Assembly: GCA_965219455.1 (NCBI GenBank)
Contig: OZ244744.1
Coordinates: forward strand, 5,280,001-5,344,000
Length of the DNA stretch: 64,000 nt
Reading direction: 5' to 3'
Source of the DNA: Candidatus Latescibacterota bacterium
GTDB taxonomy: Bacteria > Latescibacterota > UBA2968 > GCA-2709665
Each line of letters opens with the position of its first letter. Within the stretch, counting starts at the first letter, position 1. This document shows, piece after piece, positions 1 to 10,604 of this stretch. The notes below the pieces were generated by a model. The model saw nothing but the letters and a program-made list of their open reading frames with translations, had not been told where the DNA came from and ran no database searches. The translations under genes and the position numbers were made by a program.

Positions 1-1
1 C

Positions 2-1303
2 CAGTTGTCGGCCGACGTTCAGACGCCCGCGGGTTGCACCACGGCCTTGCAGTGGCGGTGCGGTCCGTGTCCGGCCTACAGCCCGAAAACCTGGACGGCG
101 TGGGCGCCGGCATCGGAAACGATAGAGCCGGCCGGCCCCATGCGGTTCCTGCAATGGCGTATCGTCATGCAGTCAGGTCAACCATCGGTGACGCCGGAGG
201 TGGAGCGAGTTTCCCTTTCGGTAGCGGCACGGGCTACACAGCCGATGGCGAGGATCGTGGATTCCGACAACCCGGCGCTGGTTCGGAGTTCCTATCGGTT
301 TTCCCACTTGCCGGCGGATTCAAAACGGGGACAGATGTTGCGGGAGCGCTGGAAACTGGACGATGTGATCCGCCCCGCAAAATCCGAGTTCGAGGCGTTC
401 CAGCATTTGCGGCAGTGGGTGAGGGAGCAGTGGGAGGACGGCTGGAACATGGGTGAAATTGAATTCTGCCCACCTTGGGACGCCATGGTGATTCTGAGCC
501 TTGCGAGTCGCAAATTAAGCCTCGGAATGTGCACACACTACGCCACCGTGATGTCGCACTGCAGCGCCGCACTGGGATTTACGGCGCGTACTCAGATAAT
601 GCGTTCACATTGCATCAACGAGGTCTGGTCGAGCCAGCACGGCAAATGGGTGGCAATGGATGTCGGTGGAGATAGCAACGACGAGACGAAATTTACATAC
701 CATTTTGAGCGCCAGGGGGTGCCGCTCACCGCGCTGGAGGCGCACCGGGCGTGGGTGGAACAGGATTACGAGGACGTCAGGATCGTGCCCGAGCCGCCGG
801 CTGCGGTCTCGGAGCAATTCCAGGTGGCCAAGCGCTTGAAACTGTTCGAACGCTTTATGATTTCCCTTCGAAACGACGAACTGGAGACCATGGGCCCGGG
901 AGAGCCGGAGCATGGCAAGATTTCGTATCATTTCAATAGATACCTCTTCTGGCAGGACGCGGAAACGCCCGGGTTGCCGTGGTTCTCCGAGCATACGGAG
1001 CGACCGGAAGACCTTTACTGGACACCCAACCGGGCGGCGATTCATCTGCAACGGGGCGTTGGTACAAATGAGCTTCACGTGCTGCTGGATACGGAAACCG
1101 CGAATCTAAAGGGATTTGAAATACGGATCGACGACGAAGAGTGGCAGGAAAGTTCGTCGGCCTTCACCTGGCGTCTTAATTCGCAGGTGAGCAGGCTGGC
1201 TGTAAGGCCGGTGAATGCATTCGGGAGGCTCGGGGCGGAGAGTTCTGTCGTTGTTCGGGGAGTCCCACTTCCGGTTGACCATTCGGTATCGGACGGAGGG
1301 TGA
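2..1303 (+). CDS. Transglutaminase-like domain protein (5'-partial)
   Basis: Frame open from the window edge. Cys-His-Asp spacing: GMCTHYA...SHCINEVWS...KWVAMD. Confidence 0.7.
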   Translation, partial: QLSADVQTPAGCTTALQWRCGPCPAYSPKTWTAWAPASETIEPAGPMRFLQWRIVMQSGQPSVTPEVERVSLSVAARATQPMARIVDSDNPALVRSSYRFSHLPADSKRGQMLRERWKLDDVIRPAKSEFEAFQHLRQWVREQWEDGWNMGEIEFCPPWDAMVILSLASRKLSLGMCTHYATVMSHCSAALGFTARTQIMRSHCINEVWSSQHGKWVAMDVGGDSNDETKFTYHFERQGVPLTALEAHRAWVEQDYEDVRIVPEPPAAVSEQFQVAKRLKLFERFMISLRNDELETMGPGEPEHGKISYHFNRYLFWQDAETPGLPWFSEHTERPEDLYWTPNRAAIHLQRGVGTNELHVLLDTETANLKGFEIRIDDEEWQESSSAFTWRLNSQVSRLAVRPVNAFGRLGAESSVVVRGVPLPVDHSVSDGG

Positions 1304-2233
1304 ATGGACAGAATCACAATGGAGAATTACGGTACATCAATGGTTCGGCCGGACGATTTTGACTCCTTTTGGGACGATGTGCTCAACACCGTGGACCGGA
1401 TTCCTCTGAACGCATCCGTGGTGCGCAGCCCACTCAGGTCGACGCCCGACGTGGATGTTTTCGACGTCCATTTCGACAGTATCGACGGTGTCAGGATTGC
1501 GGGCTGGTACTGCCTGCCCGCGACGCGCACGGGGACGCTGCCTTCGATCTTGCAGGTGCCCGGGTATATCGGGGAGCCCCAATTGCCAAAACAGCAGGCC
1601 AGGGGGGGCTATGCGGTTTTCAGCGTCGCCCCGCGGGGAAAACTCAGAAGTAACGGGCAGTTCAACCCCGGATATCCGGGGTTATTGACGCACAATATCG
1701 TGGATCGGAATACCTATTCCTATCGCGGGTTTTATATCGATGCCGTACGGGCGTTCGACTTTCTGGCCAGCCGGGAGGAGGTGGATTCAGAGCGGATCGG
1801 CGTGACGGGCAGCAGCCAGGGAGGCGGATTGACGTTTGTGGTTGCTGCGCTCAGGGATCCCAGGGCCGGGGCAGCTGGAGCACCCTATCTGTGCGGGTTT
1901 ATGGATGCGATCCAACTGACGCACACCTATCCCTACCAGGAAATACGGGACTATCTGAGGCTTTACCCCGAGAGGGAGCCCTCGGTGCGGGAGACGCTGG
2001 CCTATTTCGACGGGATTCACTTCGGGCCGCGGATCAGGTGTCCGATTATCGTCAACGTGGGACTACGGGACAATATCTGCCCGCCCGAAACCGGATACGC
2101 GGCATTTCGGGCAATCGCGTCGAATGACAAGCGGATGTACGCGTACGACGGCCACGCCCACGATGCGGGCAGCGTGAAGCACAGTAAAGTGATTAGCGCG
2201 TTTTTCGAGAAACATCTGAAAAGTCATCCTTGA
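1304..2233 (+). CDS. Acetylxylan esterase / cephalosporin-C deacetylase (CE7)
   Basis: N-terminal RPDDFDSFW, GSSQGG nucleophile elbow, VGLRDNICPP (Asp) and GHAH (His). Confidence 0.9.
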   Translation: MDRITMENYGTSMVRPDDFDSFWDDVLNTVDRIPLNASVVRSPLRSTPDVDVFDVHFDSIDGVRIAGWYCLPATRTGTLPSILQVPGYIGEPQLPKQQARGGYAVFSVAPRGKLRSNGQFNPGYPGLLTHNIVDRNTYSYRGFYIDAVRAFDFLASREEVDSERIGVTGSSQGGGLTFVVAALRDPRAGAAGAPYLCGFMDAIQLTHTYPYQEIRDYLRLYPEREPSVRETLAYFDGIHFGPRIRCPIIVNVGLRDNICPPETGYAAFRAIASNDKRMYAYDGHAHDAGSVKHSKVISAFFEKHLKSHP

Positions 2234-2290
2234 TGTCGATTCGCGGGGGTCAGCCTGCAACTGCCCTCCGCGCGCCGGGAGAATTCGTCA

Positions 2291-3196
2291 ATGCCGGATC
2301 AATTTCGGCCGACCACGGCCAAGCCCAATGATTTTGAAGCATACTGGAATCGCACGATGGAAGCGCTGGACGCCACGCCGATTGCGCCCGAAGAGGAAAC
2401 GATGCCCATTCGGTCGACCGAGTTTTCAACGACATACGGGGTGCGTTTTACGGGCATCGGTCCGTACCGGCTGTTCGGCTATTTGAGCATTCCCCGTGGG
2501 CAGGGTCCGTTTCCGACGCTGGTGTATTTTACGCGCCTGCAAAGCGTCGTGGAACCGCTGCCGCAGGGCGATGCAATCGAGAAGCAACGACGATTCCTGG
2601 TGTTCGCCTTGGCCGCCAGGGGGCAACGCAACGCCGACAGACCCTATGCGGCGTCGTTCCCGGGCCTGTTTGTGGACGGAATCGAAGATCCCGAGGCCTA
2701 CGTTATGCGCGGAATTGTGGCCGACTGTTGTCGGGCCGTGGACTATGTGCTCACGCGACCGGAAGCGGATCGCGGCCGCATCGTGGGGATCGGTCAGAAC
2801 GAGATGCCGCTGTTGTCCGCGGCGCTACGCGGCGGCCTGACCCATCTTGTCGCGTCTCCGTCTTTCTTTTACGGCACCATGGATCGGGCTGCGGGCACCG
2901 AAAGCTATCCGCTGGAGGAGGTGAACGAGTATTTAAGGCAATTTCCGGTTCGCCGCGATGAGGTTGCCCGCACGGTTTCCTATTTCGACCCCCTGTTTTT
3001 TGCACCCCGGATCACAGTGCCGTCCCTGTTATGGGGGAGCCAGAATATGCTTGGGGCAATGGTCGATGCCATGTCGGGCAAGGTGGAGGTTCGCGCCTCG
3101 GAACACTCGCGTTACGAGGATGGGGTCTACCAGGAGGAATGGATTGCGCGGCACTTCGGATTGAAGGACGTTATACTGCCCGCGCACTGGCGTTAG
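2291..3196 (+). CDS. CE7 acetylxylan esterase-like paralog lacking the catalytic Ser motif
   Basis: Collinear with the upstream gene (KPNDFEAYW, ARGQ, YPLEEV, SYFD), but has GIGQNE in place of GxSQGG. Confidence 0.75.
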   Translation: MPDQFRPTTAKPNDFEAYWNRTMEALDATPIAPEEETMPIRSTEFSTTYGVRFTGIGPYRLFGYLSIPRGQGPFPTLVYFTRLQSVVEPLPQGDAIEKQRRFLVFALAARGQRNADRPYAASFPGLFVDGIEDPEAYVMRGIVADCCRAVDYVLTRPEADRGRIVGIGQNEMPLLSAALRGGLTHLVASPSFFYGTMDRAAGTESYPLEEVNEYLRQFPVRRDEVARTVSYFDPLFFAPRITVPSLLWGSQNMLGAMVDAMSGKVEVRASEHSRYEDGVYQEEWIARHFGLKDVILPAHWR

Positions 3197-3297
3197 TGCG
3201 GTGAGTCGCAAAGGGGTAGACGGCACGAACCGCAGTTGAACCGATCGGCATCGGACGCGGGTTACGGAAATTCTGTTCACACTTGGGGTGCAGACAA

Positions 3298-4488
3298 ATG
3301 AACATCCGGAAGATCAGGGAGGACTTTCCGGCACTTGAGAACTATGTGTGGTTCCAGAACGGGGGTGTGAGCATTACTCCGGCGCCCGTGGCCGAGACAC
3401 ATATGGGGTTGATGCGGGAATTGTTCGAACGCGGTCCGATGCACATTGCCTATCCCGACGTGGAATATCCCCGTCGGGAACGGACCAAGGAACGCCTTGG
3501 AGGATTTTTCGGTGTAAGGGCCGGTGATCTGGCTTTGATGCGCGGGGTGAGCGAAGCGTTCCAGACCGTCATTCGCGGCCTGGATTGGAAGGCCGGAGAC
3601 CGTATATTGATTTCGGAAGAGGAAGAGGTGGCGCTGCTGGTGCCGTGTCTTCATTTGCGCGATCTGTTCGGCGTTGTCGTGGACAAGGTACCTCTCCTGG
3701 ACGACGTGGATGGACAGGTTGATGCGGTTGCCGGACGCATCACGGATCGTACCCGGCTGATCGGGCTGAGCCATGTGATTTCAGATTCGGGGTACCGTCT
3801 GCCTATTGAACGGATCTGTGCGGCTGCAAGGGAGCGCGGGGTCATCACGTTTCTGGACACGGCGCATTCCGCCGGTTTGTACCCGATGGATCTGAACGAA
3901 GTGGGATGCGATTTTGCGGGAATTCTCTCCTACAAGTGGATGTATTCACCCTATGCCGCCGGTGCATTGTTCGCCCGAAAGGACCGCCGGGACGAGATCC
4001 GCGTTACCTATGCCGGCGGGCGTGCGCAGGCGTGGGTGGACTTCAGGGAAGATCGTTTCGAGCTCAAGGGAAATACAGAGAGGTTTGAATTCGGACCCTG
4101 GTCGTGGCCGTTGGTTCATGCCTGGGCGTCTGCGGTGGAATACCTGGCGGACGTCGGACTGGACGCGATCTGGACGCGCACTGCGGCGTTGACGACCCGG
4201 TTGAAGCAGGGGTTGAACGAAATTCCGGGCGTCACGCTGTTCACCCCTCTGTCCTCCGAACAGTCCGCCGCCGTCGTTGGATTCAACCTGGAAGGTTGGC
4301 GGCCTCCTGACGTGAGGGATGCGCTGAGGAGGCGCTGGCGCATTGTCGTCAAAGCGTTCAACACCACGCGAAACGGCCTGCGCGCCAGCGTGCCCTTCTT
4401 CCTCCTTGAAGAGGAAGTCGACCTGCTGCTCGACGCATTGGCCACGTTGGCCTCCGAAGGTCCGGCGCGATTGCCGGAAGGCGAGTGA
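3298..4488 (+). CDS. Class V PLP-dependent aminotransferase (cysteine desulfurase-like)
   Basis: IREDFPAL, LDTAHSAG, LSYKWMYSP (PLP lysine), RFEFG, LRAS...EEEVD. Confidence 0.85.
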   Translation: MNIRKIREDFPALENYVWFQNGGVSITPAPVAETHMGLMRELFERGPMHIAYPDVEYPRRERTKERLGGFFGVRAGDLALMRGVSEAFQTVIRGLDWKAGDRILISEEEEVALLVPCLHLRDLFGVVVDKVPLLDDVDGQVDAVAGRITDRTRLIGLSHVISDSGYRLPIERICAAARERGVITFLDTAHSAGLYPMDLNEVGCDFAGILSYKWMYSPYAAGALFARKDRRDEIRVTYAGGRAQAWVDFREDRFELKGNTERFEFGPWSWPLVHAWASAVEYLADVGLDAIWTRTAALTTRLKQGLNEIPGVTLFTPLSSEQSAAVVGFNLEGWRPPDVRDALRRRWRIVVKAFNTTRNGLRASVPFFLLEEEVDLLLDALATLASEGPARLPEGE

Positions 4489-4688
4489 GAATGTTCAGAC
4501 GGTCTCCGCGTGGATGTGTGTACCCATAACGCCCAATCCCCCGTCGGACCGATCCATTTCCAGGGGGCGTTTATTCTGTAAATGGAATCCGGTCAACCCC
4601 GTTTCGGGTACCGGAAGCAGGGCGATCTTGACGCGTGCGGCCTGCCCGCGCCCCTGTCGTCCCTTTTTACCACACTGGAGGTCCGGAT

Positions 4689-5654
4689 ATGGTCGATGGT
4701 GCTGTCAGGATGCTGGTCCCCGGAGACGATCCGGTGATGATTGCCGAATCTCCACATCTGGATCGCCTGGCGTCTTACGGACAGGTGGTATTGTACGATT
4801 CAAGGCCGGAATCGACCGCAGAGAAGGTCGAGCGGGCGCAGGGTGCGGGTGTAATTTTAAACACACGAGGGGTCGTGGCCTGGGGTCGAAAGGAATTCGA
4901 ACAGTTGCCCGATCTTCGGATGATTGCGAGTTGTTCGATAGGTACCGATATGTTCGACCTGGAAGCCGCCAGAGAGCACGGGATTGTCATTTGCAATCAG
5001 CCGGGACGAACCGCGCCGGTGGTGGCCGAACACATGTTCGGACTGCTGTTTGCCGCAGCGAAACGGGCGGCATTCTTCACGGCGCGGATGAAGGCGGGTC
5101 AGTGGCCCAGGATGGATGGCATATACCTCCAGGATAAGGTGCTGGGCATCGTGGGTGCGGGGAATATCGGGGCCGAGATGGCCAGAATGGGACGCGCGAT
5201 AGGGATGGAGGTGATCGCGTGGACCTACCATCCATCGCCGGAACGGGCTGGAAGGCTCGGGGTGCGTTTCGTGACATTGGACGATTTGCTGGCCGAGGCC
5301 GACGTCGTCAGCATGCACGTGGCGCTTACCGAAGATAGCCGCGGAATGATTGGCGCACGCGAGTTCGGACTGATGAAGGAAGGCGCGATTCTGGTGAACG
5401 GCGCGCGGGGTCCGGTGGTGGATACCAACGCGCTGGTGGACGCGCTCCGGTCCGGGCGTCTGGGCGGAGCGGCGATCGACGTCTACGACGAAGAGCCCGT
5501 GCCGCCGTCGCATCCGCTGCTGTCCTGCGAGCAGGTGGTCTTGACGCCGCACTGCGCCGACATGACCCCGGAAGGGGTTGATCTGCTCAATGGCGGCGCG
5601 GTGGACAATGTTATTGCATTTCTGGAGGGTCGCCCGCGTAATCGGGTGACGTAG
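4689..5654 (+). CDS. D-2-hydroxyacid / phosphoglycerate dehydrogenase family
   Basis: GIVGAGNIG Rossmann motif, VNGARG, DVYDEEP, LTPHCA. Start uncertain (4635 or 4689). Confidence 0.88.
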   Translation: MVDGAVRMLVPGDDPVMIAESPHLDRLASYGQVVLYDSRPESTAEKVERAQGAGVILNTRGVVAWGRKEFEQLPDLRMIASCSIGTDMFDLEAAREHGIVICNQPGRTAPVVAEHMFGLLFAAAKRAAFFTARMKAGQWPRMDGIYLQDKVLGIVGAGNIGAEMARMGRAIGMEVIAWTYHPSPERAGRLGVRFVTLDDLLAEADVVSMHVALTEDSRGMIGAREFGLMKEGAILVNGARGPVVDTNALVDALRSGRLGGAAIDVYDEEPVPPSHPLLSCEQVVLTPHCADMTPEGVDLLNGGAVDNVIAFLEGRPRNRVT

Positions 5655-5689
5655 AACTCTCCGGACGTGTCGGAATGGGGGAATCCGGA

Positions 5690-8191
5690 ATGGATGCGTA
5701 TGAACCGTTGGATCTGTCCAAAATGTGCAACGCGGGCCCGGAGAGTCTGGGTGACGGACCGGATGTGTCTGCGGGCGTCCGGTACTACCAGGGGTTGCCG
5801 TTTCTGATTGGACGAGCGGACGCGAAGGCAGCACCGTGTCTGTTGGGCTTCGGCGAGGGGATGTCGCGCCGACCGGTATCCATCCCGGTCCACAAAACGG
5901 CGCTGCGGGTGGTCGTGGCGCACCGATTGCTCGATTCCCGGATTCCGGATAACGGGCCGATAGGCGAGCACGTCGCGGAATATCGCTTCCATCTGGAGGG
6001 CGGCGCCATTGTTTCGGCGCCGATCCGGGATCGGTTTGAGATTGGCACCGTACCGGCGTCTTCAGGGCTCCCTTTCGTCGCGGTTCAGGACCAGACCGAC
6101 GGGATGCTTCCGCGTCATGAAGGACGCTGGGGTGACGCCGGGCGACGTCAGACCGAGGCGGTGCAGGGCCGTTCGCGAAGCTTTACGCTCTGGGCCTGGA
6201 AGAATCCGCAACCGGACCGCGTGATTGAACGGCTGGAGGTGATTCCCGCGGGTCCCCGGTTTGTCATTGGAGGCATCACTCTGGGTTACGCCGACGAGCG
6301 TCCGTTTTCACGGGAGGCGCCGCGAGAAGTGTTGATAACGCTGCCGAGACAGGAGGAGGCTGAAAAACCGTTCGACCTGGATGTGAAGGTGGATCGGGGC
6401 ATTGCCACGTACCCCTATCCGCTGCCGCCGCAGGCGTCGGATGATTTCCTGAGGGACGACAGGAAGGGTTGGGGGGAACCGCAAAACCCGGCGAGCAGTC
6501 CGGCCTATGTTGAGGTGGCCGCGATTCCTTCGGCAACCATGACCGTGACACAGGGGGCCGAAACACTCGGGTCCGTCAACTGGGGGGAGTTGGAGAAACG
6601 TGGAACCGTTGAGACCCCGGCATTAAAGGTCGAGGTCGTGAACCGCGGACGCAACTGGGTACACACCCGGGTGGTCGATGACGAGACGGGAAAACCTGTT
6701 CCTTGCCGGGTGCACTTCAGATCGCAAGAGGGGATACCGTACGCACCGCACGGCCACCATCCGCACGTGAACTCCAACCTGGGCACCTGGCATACCGACG
6801 TGGGGGGCGACGTGCGGCTGGGTCAGATAACGTACGCGTATACGAATGGCACCTGTCAGGGCTGGTTGCCCCGAGGGAAGGTCATAGCGGATGTGGCCCG
6901 GGGGTTCGAGTATGAACCGTTGCGCACCGCAGTGGAGATCAGACCCGGACAGCGGGAACTGGAACTGCGGCTGAAACGCTGGTGCCACATGAATGAAGAG
7001 CGGTGGTTCAGTGGGGATTCGCATGTCCATTTTCTCTCCACACAGGGAAGCCACACCGAGGCGCAGGGAGAGGATCTCAATGTTGTCAATCTATTGCCGT
7101 CGCAGTGGGGCAACCTCTTTACGAACACCGAGGAGTTTACCGGCAGAGCGAGCGTGTCTCCGGACGGGAGCAGTATCGTCTACGTCGGTTCGGAAAACCG
7201 GCAGCACTTTCTCGGGCATCTGATTCTGCTCGGTCTGAAAGAAACCGTGATGCCATGGTGTTCCGACGGCCCCGGAGAAGCCGAGATGGGCGGTACGCTC
7301 GAGGTGACCATGTCGGATTGGGCGGATCGATGTCACGCACAGGGCGGAAACGTGATCATTCCCCATTTACCCAATCCCAACGGCGAGCCCGCCACACTGA
7401 TCGCCACGGGGCGGGCCGACGCGGTTGAGATGCTCAGACACACGATGTACAATCACAACGAATACTACCGGTATCTCAACTGCGGGTACAGGCTGCCGCT
7501 CGTGGGCGGCACGGACAAGATGAGCAGCGATGTGCCCGTGGGCATTTACAGGACGTATGTGAGGATACCCGGGGATGAGCCGTTCACCTACGAAACCTGG
7601 TGCAGGAACATGGCCGCCGGGCGAACCTTTCACAGCGGGGGGCCGATCATTCGGTTCACCGTGGACGGCCACAATATCGGTGACACGGTCAGACTTCCGG
7701 GTAACGGGGGCACCGTCGAAGTGGCTGCGGAGGCCGAGTGCGTGCTTCCCATCCATACGCTGCAGATAGTACAGGATGGGCGTGTCGTTGCTTCAACGGA
7801 AGAATCCGGGGGTGCGCGAAAGCTGAGTCTGAAAGCGGAAATAGAGGTAGGTGCGCACTCCTGGCTGGCCGCGCGGTGCGGAGGACCGGGCTATTCCCGT
7901 GCGGTGCCGCACCTCGACGGTTGGGGGCGCGGGATAATGGCGCATACTTCCCCGGTCTATATTGCCTGCGGTGGAGCGTGGTGGATGTTCGATTCTGAAA
8001 CGGCGCAGTATATGTTGACACTGGTGGATGGCTGCATAACGTACATGCACCGGAACAGCCGTCAACACAGGCCGGGAGAAGTCACCCATCACCACGGGGA
8101 GGAGGATCATATGGCATATCTGGAGCGACCGTTTGTGGAGGCGAGGGAGGCCATCCACCGTCGGATGCACCGACACGGGGTGCCTCACTAA
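5690..8191 (+). CDS. CehA/McbA-family PHP-like metallohydrolase
   Basis: RGFEY, WFSGDSHVH, ENRQHFLGH, GGTDKM, AHTSPVY. Confidence 0.8.
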   Translation: MDAYEPLDLSKMCNAGPESLGDGPDVSAGVRYYQGLPFLIGRADAKAAPCLLGFGEGMSRRPVSIPVHKTALRVVVAHRLLDSRIPDNGPIGEHVAEYRFHLEGGAIVSAPIRDRFEIGTVPASSGLPFVAVQDQTDGMLPRHEGRWGDAGRRQTEAVQGRSRSFTLWAWKNPQPDRVIERLEVIPAGPRFVIGGITLGYADERPFSREAPREVLITLPRQEEAEKPFDLDVKVDRGIATYPYPLPPQASDDFLRDDRKGWGEPQNPASSPAYVEVAAIPSATMTVTQGAETLGSVNWGELEKRGTVETPALKVEVVNRGRNWVHTRVVDDETGKPVPCRVHFRSQEGIPYAPHGHHPHVNSNLGTWHTDVGGDVRLGQITYAYTNGTCQGWLPRGKVIADVARGFEYEPLRTAVEIRPGQRELELRLKRWCHMNEERWFSGDSHVHFLSTQGSHTEAQGEDLNVVNLLPSQWGNLFTNTEEFTGRASVSPDGSSIVYVGSENRQHFLGHLILLGLKETVMPWCSDGPGEAEMGGTLEVTMSDWADRCHAQGGNVIIPHLPNPNGEPATLIATGRADAVEMLRHTMYNHNEYYRYLNCGYRLPLVGGTDKMSSDVPVGIYRTYVRIPGDEPFTYETWCRNMAAGRTFHSGGPIIRFTVDGHNIGDTVRLPGNGGTVEVAAEAECVLPIHTLQIVQDGRVVASTEESGGARKLSLKAEIEVGAHSWLAARCGGPGYSRAVPHLDGWGRGIMAHTSPVYIACGGAWWMFDSETAQYMLTLVDGCITYMHRNSRQHRPGEVTHHHGEEDHMAYLERPFVEAREAIHRRMHRHGVPH

Positions 8192-8207
8192 GTTCGGTTC
8201 CGCGACG

Positions 8208-9290
8208 TCATTTGGCCTGCAGATAACCTTCCGCCGCAAGCAATTCGGCCATGAGAATGGCGCCGCCGGCCGCTCCTCGAACGGTGTTGTGGCTCAGAGC
8301 GACGAATCTGTAGTCGAACAGGTTGTCTTCCCTCAGCCTCCCGAGCGTCACACCCATGCCATTTCCCGCATCCCGGTCCAACCGTGTCTGCGGGCGGTCT
8401 TCTTCATCGAAATACGTCAGGAACGGCCTGGGCGAAGACGGCAGGTTGGCCGCCTTCGGGTTTCCCTGAAAATTTCGCCAGGAATCGATAATCTGTCCCC
8501 GGGAGGGCTTCCTTTCAAACGACACCGACGTGGCGGCCATGTGTCCGTCGCTCACGGGCACGCGAATGCACTGGGCGGAAATGATCGGTCCGCTGGCATT
8601 ACGGATTTCACCGTTGTGAATTTCGCCCCAGATTTTCAACGGTTCCATGGCGCTTTTTTCTTCCTCCCCTCCGATGAAGGGGATGATATTATCTTCCATT
8701 TCAGGCCACGACTGAAAGGTCTTTCCGGCGCCGGAAATGGCCTGGTAGGTACATACGGATGCTTTTTGTGGGCCGAAGTCCGCCAGTGCCTCAAACGCCG
8801 GGACATAGGGCTGGATCGAGCAGTTCGGCTTGACGGCCACAAATCCGGATCGCGTGCCCAGACGCTTGCGCTGCGTCTCGATGATGTCCACGTGCCCTGC
8901 GTTGATCTCGGGCATGAGCATGGGTACGTCCGGCGTCCACCGATGGGCGGAGTTGTTGGAGGCCACGGGCGTTTCCCGTTGGGCATAGGCGTCCTCGAGG
9001 TTGCGAATGTCCTCTTTATCCATATCGAGCGCCGAACAGACAAAATCGACCTCATCGGCAATGCCTTCGATCTCGTTGACGTTTCTAACGACCAGATCCG
9101 CGATGGCAGGAGGAATGTCCGAGGTAAGCGTCCAGCGGCCGGTGACCGCTTCACGGTACGTCCTGCCAGCCGACCGCGGGCTGGCCGCCACGACTGCGGC
9201 CTCGAACCAGGGGTGGTCTTCCAGCAGTGAAACGAAGCGCTGACCGACCATGCCGGTCGCGCCCAGAACGCCTGCTTTGAGTCTGTTCAT
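8208..9290 (-). CDS. asd: Aspartate-semialdehyde dehydrogenase
   Basis: GATGMVGQ, KPNCS, YQAISGAG, SHNTVRGAAG; lysine riboswitch upstream. Confidence 0.95.
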   Translation of the reverse strand: MNRLKAGVLGATGMVGQRFVSLLEDHPWFEAAVVAASPRSAGRTYREAVTGRWTLTSDIPPAIADLVVRNVNEIEGIADEVDFVCSALDMDKEDIRNLEDAYAQRETPVASNNSAHRWTPDVPMLMPEINAGHVDIIETQRKRLGTRSGFVAVKPNCSIQPYVPAFEALADFGPQKASVCTYQAISGAGKTFQSWPEMEDNIIPFIGGEEEKSAMEPLKIWGEIHNGEIRNASGPIISAQCIRVPVSDGHMAATSVSFERKPSRGQIIDSWRNFQGNPKAANLPSSPRPFLTYFDEEDRPQTRLDRDAGNGMGVTLGRLREDNLFDYRFVALSHNTVRGAAGGAILMAELLAAEGYLQAK

Positions 9291-9391
9291 ATCCCGTTCC
9301 TTCTGTGAGAGAGAGTTGCCAGCAGCCCGCCTCAGATTCGACGTGTGCCTGCTACCGGAAATCCGCGGCTTGCTGCCTTACGTTAACCGGC

Positions 9392-9435
9392 AAAAAAAAC
9401 AGCCGGCATGTCCGAAGGTAGAGACATCGCCGGCT
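9392..9435 (-). terminator. Intrinsic terminator of the riboswitch expression platform
   Basis: Minus strand AGCCGGC-GATGTC...GACAT-GCCGGCT followed by G and T8. Loop CTCTACC is complementary to the aptamer 5' GGTAGAG. Confidence 0.8.
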
Positions 9436-9461
9436 ACGACCGAAACGCGCCACATCGCAAG

Positions 9462-9636
9462 AGAGCGCTCCACGGGAAACCGATTCCCATGACAGTCCAC
9501 TGGATCTTATCCAGCAGCCCAGCCCGTCCATCCCGGCGGCGGGAGTTTCGAGCTTCGGCAGGTTCACCCTTTCGTCCGGCAGCTGTGGGTCCGCCGTCCA
9601 CTGCCGGTTACTGATGCAAACCCGCGCCTCTACCCT
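9462..9636 (-). ncRNA. Lysine riboswitch (L-box)
   Basis: Minus strand shows the ordered motifs AGAGGCGC..AGTAA..GAAAGG..GCCGAA..CTGGG..ATAA..GACTGTC..GGAGCGCT upstream of asd. Confidence 0.9.
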
Positions 9637-9648
9637 TGCAGCGGAAGA

Positions 9649-9676
9649 AAAATAAATAAACGCGAATATTTGTCAA
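9649..9676 (-). promoter_or_regulatory. Putative sigma70 promoter for the riboswitch-asd transcript
   Basis: TTGACA-16-TATTTT just upstream of the aptamer. Confidence 0.5.
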
Positions 9677-9863
9677 GAAAAAGCGTCGCGAAATTACTGA
9701 AAATCGGGGTCGTCAAACGAGGACTGCAACCAGAATCGGGTTGGCAGGACCGCGGCGTTACCCCGTCTGTCATCTGACCCGACGCTCGACTTTCACCATA
9801 GGTATCGTTCGTAACTATCTCTGTCCGAAATTTTTATCGTATTGTAACTACGTTGATCACGCG

Positions 9864-10604
9864 TCAGAGGTTCAACAGCCGGGCGATGTTTCCGGCTAGA
9901 ATGGCGGATTGTTCGGCCTCGGAGATGCCGGAAGCCCTGACCTTTTCGAGGTCGGTGCGGACATAGGTTGCCAGGTCGGGTGTGGGGTAGGGACCGTCGG
10001 TGCCCCAGATGATACGTTCCGGCCCCAGGCGTTCCACGGCTTCGCGGATTTTCCAGATCAGAACGACGCCGCTGATGTCCATATAGACGTTTTCGTATTC
10101 TTCCGCGATGCGGACAAACCGATCGATGAGCGACTGGTCGGTGCACAGATAGCGGCCCATGTGCGCGACAATGATCGAGGTCCCGGGGAAAGCGCGCGCC
10201 ATGCGTTCGAGGTCGTCGCCTCGGCCGATGAAATCGATGAGACAGGGTACGCCGAGTTTGCCGGCCAGTACGAGGATGGGGTCGGATACGTATTCCGCGA
10301 GGGTGCATTCGCCCGCGTGAATCTTGATACCCTTGAAGCCCAGGCCGGTTACGGCTTCTTCGATACATCCGACGATGGACCGCTCGGTGTTGGGCAGCGC
10401 GTATGCGTAAGGAATAAGGCGTTCCGGATACAGTTCATGCGCGGCTCGTGCCCGTAAGACGGCGTCAAACGTGGTGGTGCAGATGGCGAAGACGACCGAT
10501 TTTTCCACACCTGCGTCATCCATGGATTCAACGATCTGATGGGCAGTGTATTCGGTTCGTGCGGCGTTGCCGTGCCTGAGATGCACGTGGCTGTCGATAA
10601 TCAT
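9864..10604 (-). CDS. Amidohydrolase_2 family protein
   Basis: IIDSHVH, GFKGIKIH, IVAHMG, IIWGTDGP. Confidence 0.85.
   Translation of the reverse strand: MIIDSHVHLRHGNAARTEYTAHQIVESMDDAGVEKSVVFAICTTTFDAVLRARAAHELYPERLIPYAYALPNTERSIVGCIEEAVTGLGFKGIKIHAGECTLAEYVSDPILVLAGKLGVPCLIDFIGRGDDLERMARAFPGTSIIVAHMGRYLCTDQSLIDRFVRIAEEYENVYMDISGVVLIWKIREAVERLGPERIIWGTDGPYPTPDLATYVRTDLEKVRASGISEAEQSAILAGNIARLLNL

Noticed and set aside
8133-9230. Long shadow ORFs (also 16829-17866, 22778-23905, 51805-52683, 58826-59905, 61525-62919)
   Set aside because: Antisense to well-supported genes in high-GC DNA; no motifs.
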